Positions 22,189 through 31,196 of a stretch of DNA of 64,000 bases are shown here, piece after piece. The stretch comes from Smithella sp. Lineage in GTDB: Bacteria; Desulfobacterota; Syntrophia; Syntrophales; Smithellaceae. The stretch is taken from positions 20,797 through 84,796 of the forward strand of contig JBEKMY010000004.1 in NCBI GenBank assembly GCA_049523355.1, read 5' to 3'. The notes under the pieces were generated by a model that made no database searches, was not told the DNA's origin, and saw nothing but the letters and a program-made list of their open reading frames with translations. Positions within the stretch are counted from its first letter, which is position 1. Each line of letters opens with the position of its first letter. Both the position numbers and the translations under genes were made by a program.

Positions 22189-22956
22189 TTACATTCCCCC
22201 CTGAATTATTTCCCCAGCCATTTCCATATAAGCCAAAGCGCCGCGCGATTTAATGTCGTAAAGAATAATAGGCAATCCGTGACTGGGGCTTTCCGAAAGC
22301 CGCACATTACGCGGGATCACCGTTTTAAAAACCTTATCGCCAAAATGTTTCCGCACATCATCGGATACCCGATGAGATAATAAATTGCGCTGATCAAACA
22401 TCGTTAGCAAAATACCGCCTAAAACCAGTTTTGGATTTAATTGCGCTTTTACCAGTTTGACAGTATTGAGCAAATATCCCAAACCTTCCATAGCAAAATA
22501 CTCGCACTGCAAAGGAACAATCAAATAATCGGATGCGACCAGGGCATTTACGGTCATAACACCCAGCGATGGCGGACAATCAATTACTATAAAATCATAA
22601 TGCCTGTCCAGAGAACTCAATAAATTACGCAACCGCTTTTCTTTATCTTCCAGACCAACAAACTCAACTTCAATGCCAATCAGATCCTGGTTAGACGGCA
22701 CAACATCAAGATGCGGTATTGCCGTGTTGATAATTACTTGTTCCAGAGGCACCTGACCGATCATCGCGTGATATAAATTAGCCGTCTGAAATGAATTTCT
22801 ATCCGCTCCGATACCGCTTGTTGAATTACCCTGAGAATCGCCATCAATGAGCAAAGTTTTTTTTTCCGCCGCCGCCAGGGAAGCAGATAAATTTATCGCG
22901 GTGGTGGTTTTACCGACACCACCCTTTTGGTTCGCTATACATATAATTTTATTCAT
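22189..22956 (-). CDS. parA: Chromosome partitioning ATPase ParA (Soj)
   Basis: The deviant Walker A KGGVGKTT. The stop codon abuts the parB start. Confidence 0.9.
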   Translation of the reverse strand: MNKIICIANQKGGVGKTTTAINLSASLAAAEKKTLLIDGDSQGNSTSGIGADRNSFQTANLYHAMIGQVPLEQVIINTAIPHLDVVPSNQDLIGIEVEFVGLEDKEKRLRNLLSSLDRHYDFIVIDCPPSLGVMTVNALVASDYLIVPLQCEYFAMEGLGYLLNTVKLVKAQLNPKLVLGGILLTMFDQRNLLSHRVSDDVRKHFGDKVFKTVIPRNVRLSESPSHGLPIILYDIKSRGALAYMEMAGEIIQGGM

Positions 22957-23046
22957 TATTTTATTGAGCGTAAAAAAATAAATTCTTTTGCAAGAACTGA
23001 AGTTAGCAGTAGCATAAAAAAATTCTTTTTAGAAGTTTTTTTTACT

Positions 23047-23709
23047 TTATTTTGTCTTTTCTCCGATAATAATTTTACGCTGTGCCTCTAAGCAGGGGAC
23101 GTTTATATCATATTGAATAAATTGAGATATTTTGTATTGATCTTTAACAGGTGAGCATTGTGTAAATTCCTCATCAACATTAGGGCCTTTCAAGGCAATT
23201 AGTTTTCCTCCCGGGACAAGAAAATATTCGCCATATGGCAGAAGTTCGGATATTTTAAAAGCGGCACGGGAAATTACAATATCAAATTTTTCTCTCCATG
23301 AATCTTTCTTGATAATATTTTCGACGCGGTCATGAAAAACAAAGGTCTGGGAAAGATTCAAAAGACGGATAATATGTTTTAAAAAAGAAACTTTTTTTCT
23401 ATTGGTTTCCAAAAGATAAACCTGTAATGAAGGCAGCGCTATTTTTAAGGGAAGACCAGGAAAACCCGCGCCGCATCCGACATCAATTAGTCTTGCGGCC
23501 GGCTTTTGAATAAATTGCAATGCTGAGAGTGAATCCAAAAAGTGACGCTTGATAATTTCCCGGGAAGAATTTTCGGAAATTAAATTTGTTTTAGCATTCC
23601 ACTGTAAAAGCTCATTTTTATAAACATCAAACAAAGCCAGTTGTTGCTTGTTGAGTTTAATGCCTAATTGCGGCGAGTTTTTACTCAGTAATAGAATTTC
23701 TTGATCCAT
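23047..23709 (-). CDS. rsmG: 16S rRNA (guanine527-N7)-methyltransferase RsmG (GidB)
   Basis: The SAM motif DVGCGAGFPGLPLKI and the position upstream of parAB. The track start at 23769 is a TTG, so the ATG at 23709 is used. Confidence 0.85.
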   Translation of the reverse strand: MDQEILLLSKNSPQLGIKLNKQQLALFDVYKNELLQWNAKTNLISENSSREIIKRHFLDSLSALQFIQKPAARLIDVGCGAGFPGLPLKIALPSLQVYLLETNRKKVSFLKHIIRLLNLSQTFVFHDRVENIIKKDSWREKFDIVISRAAFKISELLPYGEYFLVPGGKLIALKGPNVDEEFTQCSPVKDQYKISQFIQYDINVPCLEAQRKIIIGEKTK

Positions 23710-23864
23710 GGACAAGAAAATAGCAAAAAAAATCTTCTGACGCAAAGCGTAAATTAGTCCGGCCTGCAATTCAGCATGAAAATTAAAGGGACAAAGATAT
23801 ATTGCACTGGCTTACCGGCCGTTTAAGGAAAAAGAATTGCAAAGGCCACTCTGCATCAAGTCGA

Positions 23865-24824
23865 TTATAATTCATCGCTGATTTTCTTGCAATTATTGAG
23901 AATTTTAACACTTGGCGGTGAACTGGCAACAGGCACATGAATGAATTTTAAAATTAATGGTTGAAATTCTTGGAAATATTCAAGGCCACGTTTAGGATCG
24001 GAGGAAGGCAACTCGAGAGTGAGTGTAAAGATATTGCGTTCATGACCAGCATAGTTACCGAGCGATCCTGGATAAAAGCCAAATTTTTTATAAGGATAAT
24101 TTATGTCTTTATATGCTTGTTCCATCCATTTTTCAAAAGAATATAAATTTGATGATGGCCCGTCATAATCAAAGAAGTTAAGCGGTGAATGTACCGACAA
24201 TATCTTTTGCGGTTTGAATTTCTTTATCAAGGCAATTTGAAACTGTGTTTCCTGCTCTGATGATGGTTTTGCTCCCGGATAGTAACGCCTCTTTCTTTTT
24301 GTCTTTAATATCCATTGACGCATTGCGTTTGCCTGCCAGTCTTTTGTGGGGAAATTTCTATTAATATCAATGCCATTGGCATTGACGCGTGTTGGTGGTA
24401 TGGACAAGAAACCATCGGGATTGAGCAGTGGCGCAATGACAATACACTTGTCTTTAAACAATGCGGGATTGTCTTTAACGTAATGAGCAAGTTTGAACAT
24501 AAGATAGGCAGACGGCAACTCATCACCGTGAACGCAACCTAAAAATAAAATGCAGTTTCCGATGCTATTACCGTAATTAACGAACATAAGCGGGTGCTTG
24601 TTTTTTGTTGTCCGGTAATATTGCCATGGTATTTCTCCGGGATTTATGTCTGTCCATCCATAAAGGGCGTTAGATTTTTCCAATAGGCTAATGTATTCCT
24701 TAAAATCATTTGAAGAAGAATCGTAAGCAAATACCCGGGAAGGTAAAAACAGAAAGAACAACAATCCGGAAAAAAGACACCATGACAAAAAGATTTTTTT
24801 ACGTTTCGATATCTGATTGCACAA
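23865..24824 (-). CDS. Secreted M14-family zinc carboxypeptidase-like protein (MpaA/murein peptide amidase-like)
   Basis: A signal peptide, the HGDE zinc motif, DINRNFP, SVHSP and TLELP, all typical of M14 peptidases. The start codon is TTG (no nearby ATG). Confidence 0.65.
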   Translation of the reverse strand: MCNQISKRKKIFLSWCLFSGLLFFLFLPSRVFAYDSSSNDFKEYISLLEKSNALYGWTDINPGEIPWQYYRTTKNKHPLMFVNYGNSIGNCILFLGCVHGDELPSAYLMFKLAHYVKDNPALFKDKCIVIAPLLNPDGFLSIPPTRVNANGIDINRNFPTKDWQANAMRQWILKTKRKRRYYPGAKPSSEQETQFQIALIKKFKPQKILSVHSPLNFFDYDGPSSNLYSFEKWMEQAYKDINYPYKKFGFYPGSLGNYAGHERNIFTLTLELPSSDPKRGLEYFQEFQPLILKFIHVPVASSPPSVKILNNCKKISDEL

Positions 24825-25213
24825 TTTTTTTTTACTGACGGCTATACGGTAAATAGGTGTTTAATCCCTTCGTTATTATTTTGATGATCCGGTTCTTATA
24901 TCTTTGGCTTATTCGTTTAATGGAATCGCCTACATTTATACCGTTCCTCAATGTGAACTTAAATAGGCAGAGAAAATTATTTTGAAGTGAACATTATAGT
25001 AAGTTAATCCAGAAATCAATTCAAAAAACTTTTTTGCTAAATTCGGCAGCAAGCGCATTTCCCATAGCCTTCTTTGGGGTAAGCATGTAAATACCGAATG
25101 ATAATGTTTCCTCAGCATACATGTCTAAAAAGTTTTCTTTAATTGAAAAGCAAAGCAATTCATGATGATAAAATAAACTGAAATCATTGTTTGGAAAAGC
25201 TTCTACGGCGGGA

Positions 25214-25954
25214 TCATCGAGCTATAAGAAAAATCATAACGGATAAAATAATCACAACATGAATGGTGATGATGCTGAATTTATGCCTGAGATAAAATTC
25301 ATTTGCCTTTTGAATTCTCTCCAATCCGCCGCATAATTTCCGGAAACGTTCCAACCCTTCATATTTTTTGTCGTTGTCAGAAGAAAAATCGTTTTGAAAC
25401 GCAAACATGGGATAAACTGCGTAGATGTGATCGGTCAGAGGACGAAACAGAGTATCAATGACGATCCCCTGCCATGGTTGATAAGCAAGGGCTTCCGCGT
25501 AAGGTCTGTTTAAAACATACGCATGGGCCAGACTCTGATAGTGCACTTTTTGTATGAACGGATTAGCCGTTTTACGGCTTTCGCGTATTAATGCTCCCAG
25601 AAGCAGAACTTTCCAATCCGGATTTGCTCTTAAAAATTGAGTGCATTGCTTGAAGCGCTCAGCGTCAAATCTGTCAAAAATGACATCGTCTTCAAAAACC
25701 ACAATATTGTCCGCTCCGATCTCCACGCCCTTGCGCAGACAGGTCATGTGAGATTCATACATTCCCTGTTCGATATTCAAAGGGTGAGGTTTGACAATGA
25801 CGAATTCGACTTTTCCGTTGAGTCCTACTTCAGCAAACGATTTCGCGGCTGCCTGCCGCCGGTCTTGACGCCCTTCCAGAGAAATGCAGTAGATACGATC
25901 AAAAAAATCCCAGCCATCGTTTTGGTTTTCCACGATATCCTCTATAAATCGCAT
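25214..25954 (-). CDS. Glycosyltransferase family 25-like protein with a C-terminal membrane anchor
   Basis: The N-terminus IYCISLEGRQDRR and VFEDDVIF are GT25-like. The last approximately 20 residues are hydrophobic. Confidence 0.5.
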   Translation of the reverse strand: MRFIEDIVENQNDGWDFFDRIYCISLEGRQDRRQAAAKSFAEVGLNGKVEFVIVKPHPLNIEQGMYESHMTCLRKGVEIGADNIVVFEDDVIFDRFDAERFKQCTQFLRANPDWKVLLLGALIRESRKTANPFIQKVHYQSLAHAYVLNRPYAEALAYQPWQGIVIDTLFRPLTDHIYAVYPMFAFQNDFSSDNDKKYEGLERFRKLCGGLERIQKANEFYLRHKFSIITIHVVIILSVMIFLIAR

Positions 25955-26093
25955 TTTTCTTTACAGGACTGTTTTATAATATTAGTATTATACGGTGTCA
26001 AGAAATGACTGTTGAAATTAATATTAGCCGACAAATTAAATTACCGGGTGTCCGGTTCAAGAGCAACCGGATGGTTTTACAAAGTAAGGTTTT

Positions 26094-26444
26094 ATGATTA
26101 GAAAGAAAATAGCCCAATATCTTGCCTCAAAGAAATGTATTAAAACAATGTTAGAGAATCCGGCGGACCTTAGTGAATTCAAGGAGCGTCCGACACCGCG
26201 ATTAATTACCGGTTTGATCCTGATGGTGTTAAGTTACATTTTAGGTTGGCCGGCAATATTCGCTTTGAGCTTTATGGCAGTTTGGTTTCAAAAACCGCTG
26301 ATCGCTGTTATCGGTTGCCCGATGACTTACGGACTTTCTTGTATTGTCTTTGTTATTGGCGCCTGGCTTGCGCGCGCTCCACACTATATGGGAACTTTGA
26401 TGAGGTACAGCATTCAAAGCTTTTTCAGAAAGTTACGTTCCTAG
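26094..26444 (+). CDS. Small membrane protein, unknown function (3 predicted TM segments)
   Basis: A 116-aa ORF. It is the first plus-strand gene after the strand switch. No recognisable family. Confidence 0.45.
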   Translation: MIRKKIAQYLASKKCIKTMLENPADLSEFKERPTPRLITGLILMVLSYILGWPAIFALSFMAVWFQKPLIAVIGCPMTYGLSCIVFVIGAWLARAPHYMGTLMRYSIQSFFRKLRS

Positions 26445-26456
26445 AAGGGAAAGAAA

Positions 26457-27200
26457 ATGATGTTGAAGACCAAAACAAAAAATATCAGCATTGTATTATA
26501 TAAACCAAAATACGCGGGAAATATCGGTTCTGTTGCCCGCGCGGCAAAAAACATGGGAATCCGTGACATAATGGTTGTGGGAAGGGCAGGTTATGATCGG
26601 GAGGAAATGCAACAGAGATCAACACATCTGGCTGCCGATGTTTTAGATCATATCCAATATTGTGAACGCCTTGACGAAGCGCTCGGAGGCTTCCGTTATA
26701 TTGTGGGAACAACTGCCCGTCTTGGCAAGGCTCGTGGCCCTTTTTTCTCTCCACGCGCGGTTGCTCAAGACATCGCCGATATTTCCCAGAAAAACAGAGT
26801 GGCCCTTCTTTTCGGTCCCGAAGATACCGGGCTTGCCAATGAAGAGTTGCGCCTTTGCCAGACGGTGGTTACCATTCCGACGTCTCAGGATTTCACATCA
26901 CTCAATCTTTCTCATGCCGTAATGATTCTGTGTTATGAAATATTTATCGCCTCTTCTCCGTCGACGAAAACAACAGAAGTAACGCCAAAATTAGCGCGAT
27001 CGCAGGAACTGGAAGGCATGTATGGACAAATCAAAACATTGCTGGCCGATATTGAATTTTTAAATCCTGAAAATCCTGATTACTGGATGATGCACCTGCG
27101 CCGATTTTTTACGCGTGCCTCGCTGTTATCGCGCGAGGTAAAGATTATTCGGGGTATCTGCCGTCAACTTCAATGGTACTCCCATCATAAAAAAACTTGA
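26457..27200 (+). CDS. trmJ: tRNA (cytidine/uridine-2'-O-)-methyltransferase, SpoU/TrmH class (TrmJ-like)
   Basis: SPOUT motifs NIGSVARAAKNMG, LLFGPEDTGL, IPT...SLNLSHAV. Confidence 0.8.
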   Translation: MMLKTKTKNISIVLYKPKYAGNIGSVARAAKNMGIRDIMVVGRAGYDREEMQQRSTHLAADVLDHIQYCERLDEALGGFRYIVGTTARLGKARGPFFSPRAVAQDIADISQKNRVALLFGPEDTGLANEELRLCQTVVTIPTSQDFTSLNLSHAVMILCYEIFIASSPSTKTTEVTPKLARSQELEGMYGQIKTLLADIEFLNPENPDYWMMHLRRFFTRASLLSREVKIIRGICRQLQWYSHHKKT

Positions 27201-27290
27201 CTTTACATAACAGTTCCCATAGGAATTGCACATACTGCAAGGATTTCCTTATTATAATTTCAGTGAATATATATGGAGGTTTTATAAATT

Positions 27291-28448
27291 ATGAGAAAAA
27301 CATTTTCTTTTACCGGCGCGAAAAAAATTATTTTCGGCAACGGATCCATTTTAACGCTTGCCAGCCATATAAAAGAACATCATGCACAAAATCCGCTCAT
27401 CGTCATTGATAAAAATCTGGCCAAAACCGGATTGCAGGAAAAAATAGCAAGCATACTGATCCCCGAAGGTATTAAATTTACTGTCTATGATAAGGTCAAT
27501 CCTGAACCGGATATAGCACTTGCTGATGAAGGAGCGAAAATTGCCGTAAAAAACAAATGCGACATCGTGATAGGCATCGGCGGCGGCAGCGCTATGGATG
27601 TGGCCAAAGCCGTAGCAGTGCTTGCGACCAATAAAGGCAGCGCGGTCGATTATCTGGGTCTCAATAAAGTTCCTAAAAACGGTCTTCCCAAAATCATGAT
27701 ACCGACAACGGCCGGAACGGGTAGCGAAGTAACTTTCACCGCAGTCTTTGTAAGGAAGAATTTAAAAAAGAAGGAAGGTATGAACAGCCCGTATCTTTAT
27801 CCGGAACTGGCGCTGCTTGATCCGGAATTAACGTTGAGCCTGCCGCCAGCGCCCACCGCTCAGACAGGCCTTGATGCTTTGTGTCACGCCATTGAATCCT
27901 ACACATCTGTTAATTCATCTCCCGTTAGCGAAATGTTTTCTCTGGAAGCTATCGCTCTCATTGCCGAAAATTTACGTACTTGTGTTCATGATGGTAAAAA
28001 TATCGTTGCTCGAGAAAGAATGTTGTTGGGCAGCTTATATGCAGGGATCGGTCTGGCTAATGCCGGTGTGACGGCGGTTCATTCATTATCTTATCCACTG
28101 GGCGGCAAATATGGTGTTGGACATGGACTTGCCAATACGATGATGTTGCCAGCGGTGATGGCTTTCAATCTTCCGGCGGCATTGGAAAAATTTGCCGATG
28201 TCGCCGAGGCAATGGGAGAGTGTATGGATGGTCTTCCCGCCCGAGAATCCGCATATTTGGCGATTGAGGCGGTTGAGGCGTTAATTGAAGACTGCGGTGT
28301 ATATACGTCTCTTGCTCAGTTTGGCATCAAAGAGAAAGACTTTCCGGCATTGGCTGATGTGGCCTTAACTGTTGCCAGACCTTTGGAGAACAATCCCCGC
28401 AAAATCACCAAAGAAGATATGATCGCGATTTACGCGCAGGCTTTTTGA
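27291..28448 (+). CDS. Iron-containing (group III) alcohol dehydrogenase
   Basis: GGGSAMDVAKA and His-rich metal-site motifs. The SD GGAGG lies upstream. Confidence 0.85.
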   Translation: MRKTFSFTGAKKIIFGNGSILTLASHIKEHHAQNPLIVIDKNLAKTGLQEKIASILIPEGIKFTVYDKVNPEPDIALADEGAKIAVKNKCDIVIGIGGGSAMDVAKAVAVLATNKGSAVDYLGLNKVPKNGLPKIMIPTTAGTGSEVTFTAVFVRKNLKKKEGMNSPYLYPELALLDPELTLSLPPAPTAQTGLDALCHAIESYTSVNSSPVSEMFSLEAIALIAENLRTCVHDGKNIVARERMLLGSLYAGIGLANAGVTAVHSLSYPLGGKYGVGHGLANTMMLPAVMAFNLPAALEKFADVAEAMGECMDGLPARESAYLAIEAVEALIEDCGVYTSLAQFGIKEKDFPALADVALTVARPLENNPRKITKEDMIAIYAQAF

Positions 28449-28460
28449 TAAATGAAGATA

Positions 28461-28498
28461 ATTTCTAAATCAAAGATAACATTTTGATTTAGAAATGG
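28461..28498. repeat. Mini derivative of repeat subfamily B (terminal arms only)
   Basis: ATTTCTAAATCAAA-gataaca-TTTGATTTAGAAATGG. The arms are the same as the ends of the 120-bp copies at 29719 and 32246, but the approximately 85-bp core is absent. It ends 3 nt before the SD AAGGAGG of the next gene. Confidence 0.8.
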
Positions 28499-28513
28499 AA
28501 TAAGGAGGTATAA

Positions 28514-29716
28514 ATGGCTGGAGCTGAATTGATCGGAAAAGAAGAAATCAAGGAAGTAATGGATGTCCTGGAAACAGGCATTTTGATGCGTTATGGTTTT
28601 GATAAAGAAAGAAAAGGAATTTATAAGGTTCGGGAGTTTGAACAGGCATTTGCAAAATATTGCGGTGTTGACTATGCCCTCGGAGTTACTTCCGGCTCGT
28701 CGGCTTTGAAAATAGCACTCACCGCAATGGATGTAGGGCCCGGAGACGAAGTTCTTGTGCCCGCATTTACTTTTTTGGCAACTTATGAAGCGGTAATGGA
28801 AGTGGGCGCTATTCCCGTAATGGTAGATATTGACGATACTCTGAATCTTGACCCATTAGAGATCGAAAAGAAAAAAACTCCGTATACCAAGGCGGTCATT
28901 CCCGTACATATGTGCGGGTCGGCAGCGAATATCGATAAAATAGTGGAAATCGCCCATAAAAATAAAATGCTGGTTCTGGAAGATAATGCTCAGGGCTGCG
29001 GTGCCGGTTTTAAAGGAAAAAAGCTCGGCGGTTTTGGCGATATGGGAACCTTCAGCTTTGATTATGTGAAAACGGTCACCACAGGCGAAGGCGGCATGGT
29101 GATTACCAACAATAAGGATTTGTACAACCGGTCGGAATGGTATCACGATCATGGCCATGATCATAATCCTAAAGTAAGCCGCGCTTTGGAAGGCCGGACC
29201 ATTCTTGGTTTCAACTACCGAATGAATGAACTGCAGGGCGCGTTAGGATTGGCGCAGTTGCGCAAGCTGGATTACCTTATCGGAGAGCAGAAAAAAAACA
29301 AGAAATTTATTATGGATGTGCTGGCTCAGATTCCCGGTGTAGGATTTCGTGCCAAACCAGATCTCGAAGGAGACTCCGCCACGTTTTTAGCGTTTAATTT
29401 ACCGGATGAAAATCGGGCGCAAAAGTTTCAGAATCTACTCTGTGCCGAAGGTGTGGATACTGTTTGCTATAAAAGAAATTTATGGCATTATGTTCCGAAC
29501 TGGGAACATTTTCTGGCGAAATCAACGGCTAGTTCAAAAAAATATCCGTTTACAGACCCATCTTATAAGGGCAAAGTAAACTACACGAAAGAAAGCATTC
29601 CTCAGGCCGAAGATATTTTGGGACGCACACTGGTTATGGGCATATCTGTACGGATGAGTCAGGAAAAATTGGACGGGATTAGAAAAGGGATCGAGCAGGC
29701 CGCTAAAAACATCTAA
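28514..29716 (+). CDS. DegT/DnrJ/EryC1/StrS-family PLP-dependent aminotransferase
   Basis: A 400-aa protein with SFDYVKTVTTGEGG (PLP-lysine region) and overall family similarity. Confidence 0.8.
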   Translation: MAGAELIGKEEIKEVMDVLETGILMRYGFDKERKGIYKVREFEQAFAKYCGVDYALGVTSGSSALKIALTAMDVGPGDEVLVPAFTFLATYEAVMEVGAIPVMVDIDDTLNLDPLEIEKKKTPYTKAVIPVHMCGSAANIDKIVEIAHKNKMLVLEDNAQGCGAGFKGKKLGGFGDMGTFSFDYVKTVTTGEGGMVITNNKDLYNRSEWYHDHGHDHNPKVSRALEGRTILGFNYRMNELQGALGLAQLRKLDYLIGEQKKNKKFIMDVLAQIPGVGFRAKPDLEGDSATFLAFNLPDENRAQKFQNLLCAEGVDTVCYKRNLWHYVPNWEHFLAKSTASSKKYPFTDPSYKGKVNYTKESIPQAEDILGRTLVMGISVRMSQEKLDGIRKGIEQAAKNI

Positions 29717-29718
29717 TG

Positions 29719-29838
29719 CCATTTCTAACTCAAAGCGCTATTTTCGTTCGCTTCGTTGTCGGCTTCCTCAGACGTATGTATAATACGCCTTGTCGCCTCC
29801 AACTAGCCGCCTCAATATCGTCTTTGATTTAGAAGTTG
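29719..29838. repeat. Imperfect-palindromic intergenic repeat, subfamily B, copy B1 (120 bp)
   Basis: The arms are CCATTTCTAACTCAAAGCG and CGTCTTTGATTTAGAAGTTG. The core is TCGTTCGCTTCGTTGTCGGCTTCCTCAGACGTATGTATAATACGCCTTGTCGCCTCC. It is about 80% identical by eye to the reverse complement of 32246-32366. Confidence 0.9.
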
Positions 29839-29864
29839 CATAAACTCGATCTCCTTCGTATAAC

Positions 29865-29903
29865 TTCCTGCTGGTTCAATCTTGCAGATTGAACCAGCAG
29901 GAA
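29865..29903. other. Perfect 18-bp inverted repeat with a 3-nt loop
   Basis: TTCCTGCTGGTTCAATCT-tgc-AGATTGAACCAGCAGGAA, directly after repeat B1. There is no clean T-tract, so it is not a canonical terminator. Confidence 0.7.
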
Positions 29904-30213
29904 TCATCAGTTTTCAAATTTGCCGCGTTCTACTTCGGATATCAAGTTTATTAGAGTGTTGATAATAAGTTATTAAGAGTATTCCTATGATGGATATTAT
30001 TTGAATTTTAATTGACATTGACTATCAATTTTGGATTCCTTTATTAATTAGCGCAACTATCAGTTATTTGATACTATCTAATTCCAATGACACTATACTA
30101 AAAGTTTTTAGGTATATAATTGTATTTATTGGATTTATCGTCGGATCATGTTGGGAAATGCTATCTCGACGTAAAAAATAGCTCTTAAATCAATGAATAA
30201 AGGAATATTTTTC

Positions 30214-30242
30214 TTGACAATCAAATTGAGATTGCATAAACT
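30214..30242 (+). promoter_or_regulatory. Sigma70-type promoter candidate for rplM-rpsI
   Basis: TTGACA (30214-30219), a 17-nt spacer, then TAAACT (30237-30242), about 38 nt upstream of the rplM ATG. Confidence 0.5.
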
Positions 30243-30279
30243 TCGCTTTTAAATTTTTTATTAAAATGGTGGTTTTGTT

Positions 30280-30708
30280 ATGAAGACATATATGGCGAAA
30301 GCCGAAACAATTGACAGGAAGTGGTATGTTGCAGATGCTTCCGGTAAGGTATTGGGAAGACTGGCCAGTGAAATAGCACTCCGCTTGAGGGGCAAGCACA
30401 AAGCTTCTTATACGCCTCATGTAGATACCGGCGATTTTATTATTGTAGTTAATGCCGAGAAGATTTTACTTACCGGGAAAAAGTTGACCGATAAAGTATA
30501 TTATTCTTATTCAGGTTATCCCGGAGGATTAAGGGAAACAACCGCAGGTAAGATGCTGGCGGAAAAACCTGAAAATTTGATTCGTATAGCTGTGCAGGGA
30601 ATGTTGCCCAAAACTAATCTGGGACGAAAAATGCTGAAAAAACTGAAAGTTTATTCCGGCAATGCCCATATTCACGAAGCTCAGTGTCCGGAAATTTTAT
30701 CCATTTAA
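30280..30708 (+). CDS. rplM: 50S ribosomal protein L13
   Basis: A 142-aa protein. The N-terminus [16 protein letters not shown] is typical of L13. Confidence 0.95.
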   Translation: MKTYMAKAETIDRKWYVADASGKVLGRLASEIALRLRGKHKASYTPHVDTGDFIIVVNAEKILLTGKKLTDKVYYSYSGYPGGLRETTAGKMLAEKPENLIRIAVQGMLPKTNLGRKMLKKLKVYSGNAHIHEAQCPEILSI

Positions 30709-30756
30709 TGGATATAAAATTATAAATTAGATTATTTCAAGTATTCAGGAGAAATC

Positions 30757-31149
30757 ATGACGCAACAACGGTATTATGCAACAGGTAAGAGAAAAAGCGC
30801 TATTGCCCGCGTTTATATGAGGGCAGGCAGTGGCAATATTATAGTCAATAAAAGAAACTATGATGAATATTTTGCTCGTCCCAGCCTTAATATGCTTGTC
30901 AAACAACCGTTTGATATTACAGGCAAGAAAGATCAATTTGATTTGTATGTGAATGTATGCGGTGGTGGAGTGGCAGGTCAGGCAGGCGCGGTAAAACACG
31001 GGATTTCCAAGGCTCTTCTGGAATATGATCCGGAATTGCGTTCAGTCCTGAAAAAGGCGGGCTTTTTAACCAGAGATGCCCGCGTCAAAGAAAGAAAGAA
31101 ATACGGGCAGCCCGGAGCAAGGAAAAGATTCCAATTCTCCAAGCGTTAA
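30757..31149 (+). CDS. rpsI: 30S ribosomal protein S9
   Basis: A 130-aa protein. [10 protein letters not shown] and the C-terminus KRFQFSKR are typical of S9. Confidence 0.95.
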   Translation: MTQQRYYATGKRKSAIARVYMRAGSGNIIVNKRNYDEYFARPSLNMLVKQPFDITGKKDQFDLYVNVCGGGVAGQAGAVKHGISKALLEYDPELRSVLKKAGFLTRDARVKERKKYGQPGARKRFQFSKR

Positions 31150-31157
31150 ATTCCAAC

Positions 31158-31185
31158 AGGGGGGCTTCCGGCCTCCCTTTTTTTT
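31158..31185 (+). terminator. Rho-independent terminator after rpsI, running directly into the argC SD
   Basis: A GC-rich stem (GGGGGGC/GCCTCCC) with a 5-nt loop, followed by T8. The GGAGG SD (31186-31190) and the argC ATG (31197) follow immediately. Confidence 0.7.
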
Positions 31186-31196
31186 GGAGGATTTTT

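Noticed and set aside
21273-23046. A search for a parS site (TGTTNCACGTGAAACA) in and around parAB, and elsewhere in the window.
   Set aside because: Only half-site fragments were seen (e.g. TGTTTCACGC near 12815 inside rtcB). No 16-bp palindrome was found by eye. A computational scan allowing 2-3 mismatches is needed before concluding absence.
25030-25213. A minus-strand reading frame immediately after the GT25-like gene: ...EAFPNNDFSLFYHHELLCFSIKENFLDMYAEETLSFGIYMLTPKKAMGNALAAEFSKKVF. It looks protein-like and could be a gene remnant.
   Set aside because: There is no ATG before the last 33 codons and no SD. It is too short to assign to any family, so I do not call a pseudogene.
29987-30181. 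A 64-codon ORF with two hydrophobic segments. It starts ATG ATG and has a single in-frame TGA at 30002-30004, followed by a weak AATTGA/TCAATT hairpin (selenocysteine or recoding?).
   Set aside because: The region is very AT-rich and has no convincing SD. The hairpin is AU-only and lacks SECIS-like features. All other genes in the window use the standard code with TGA as a stop. It is most likely non-coding or a decayed gene.
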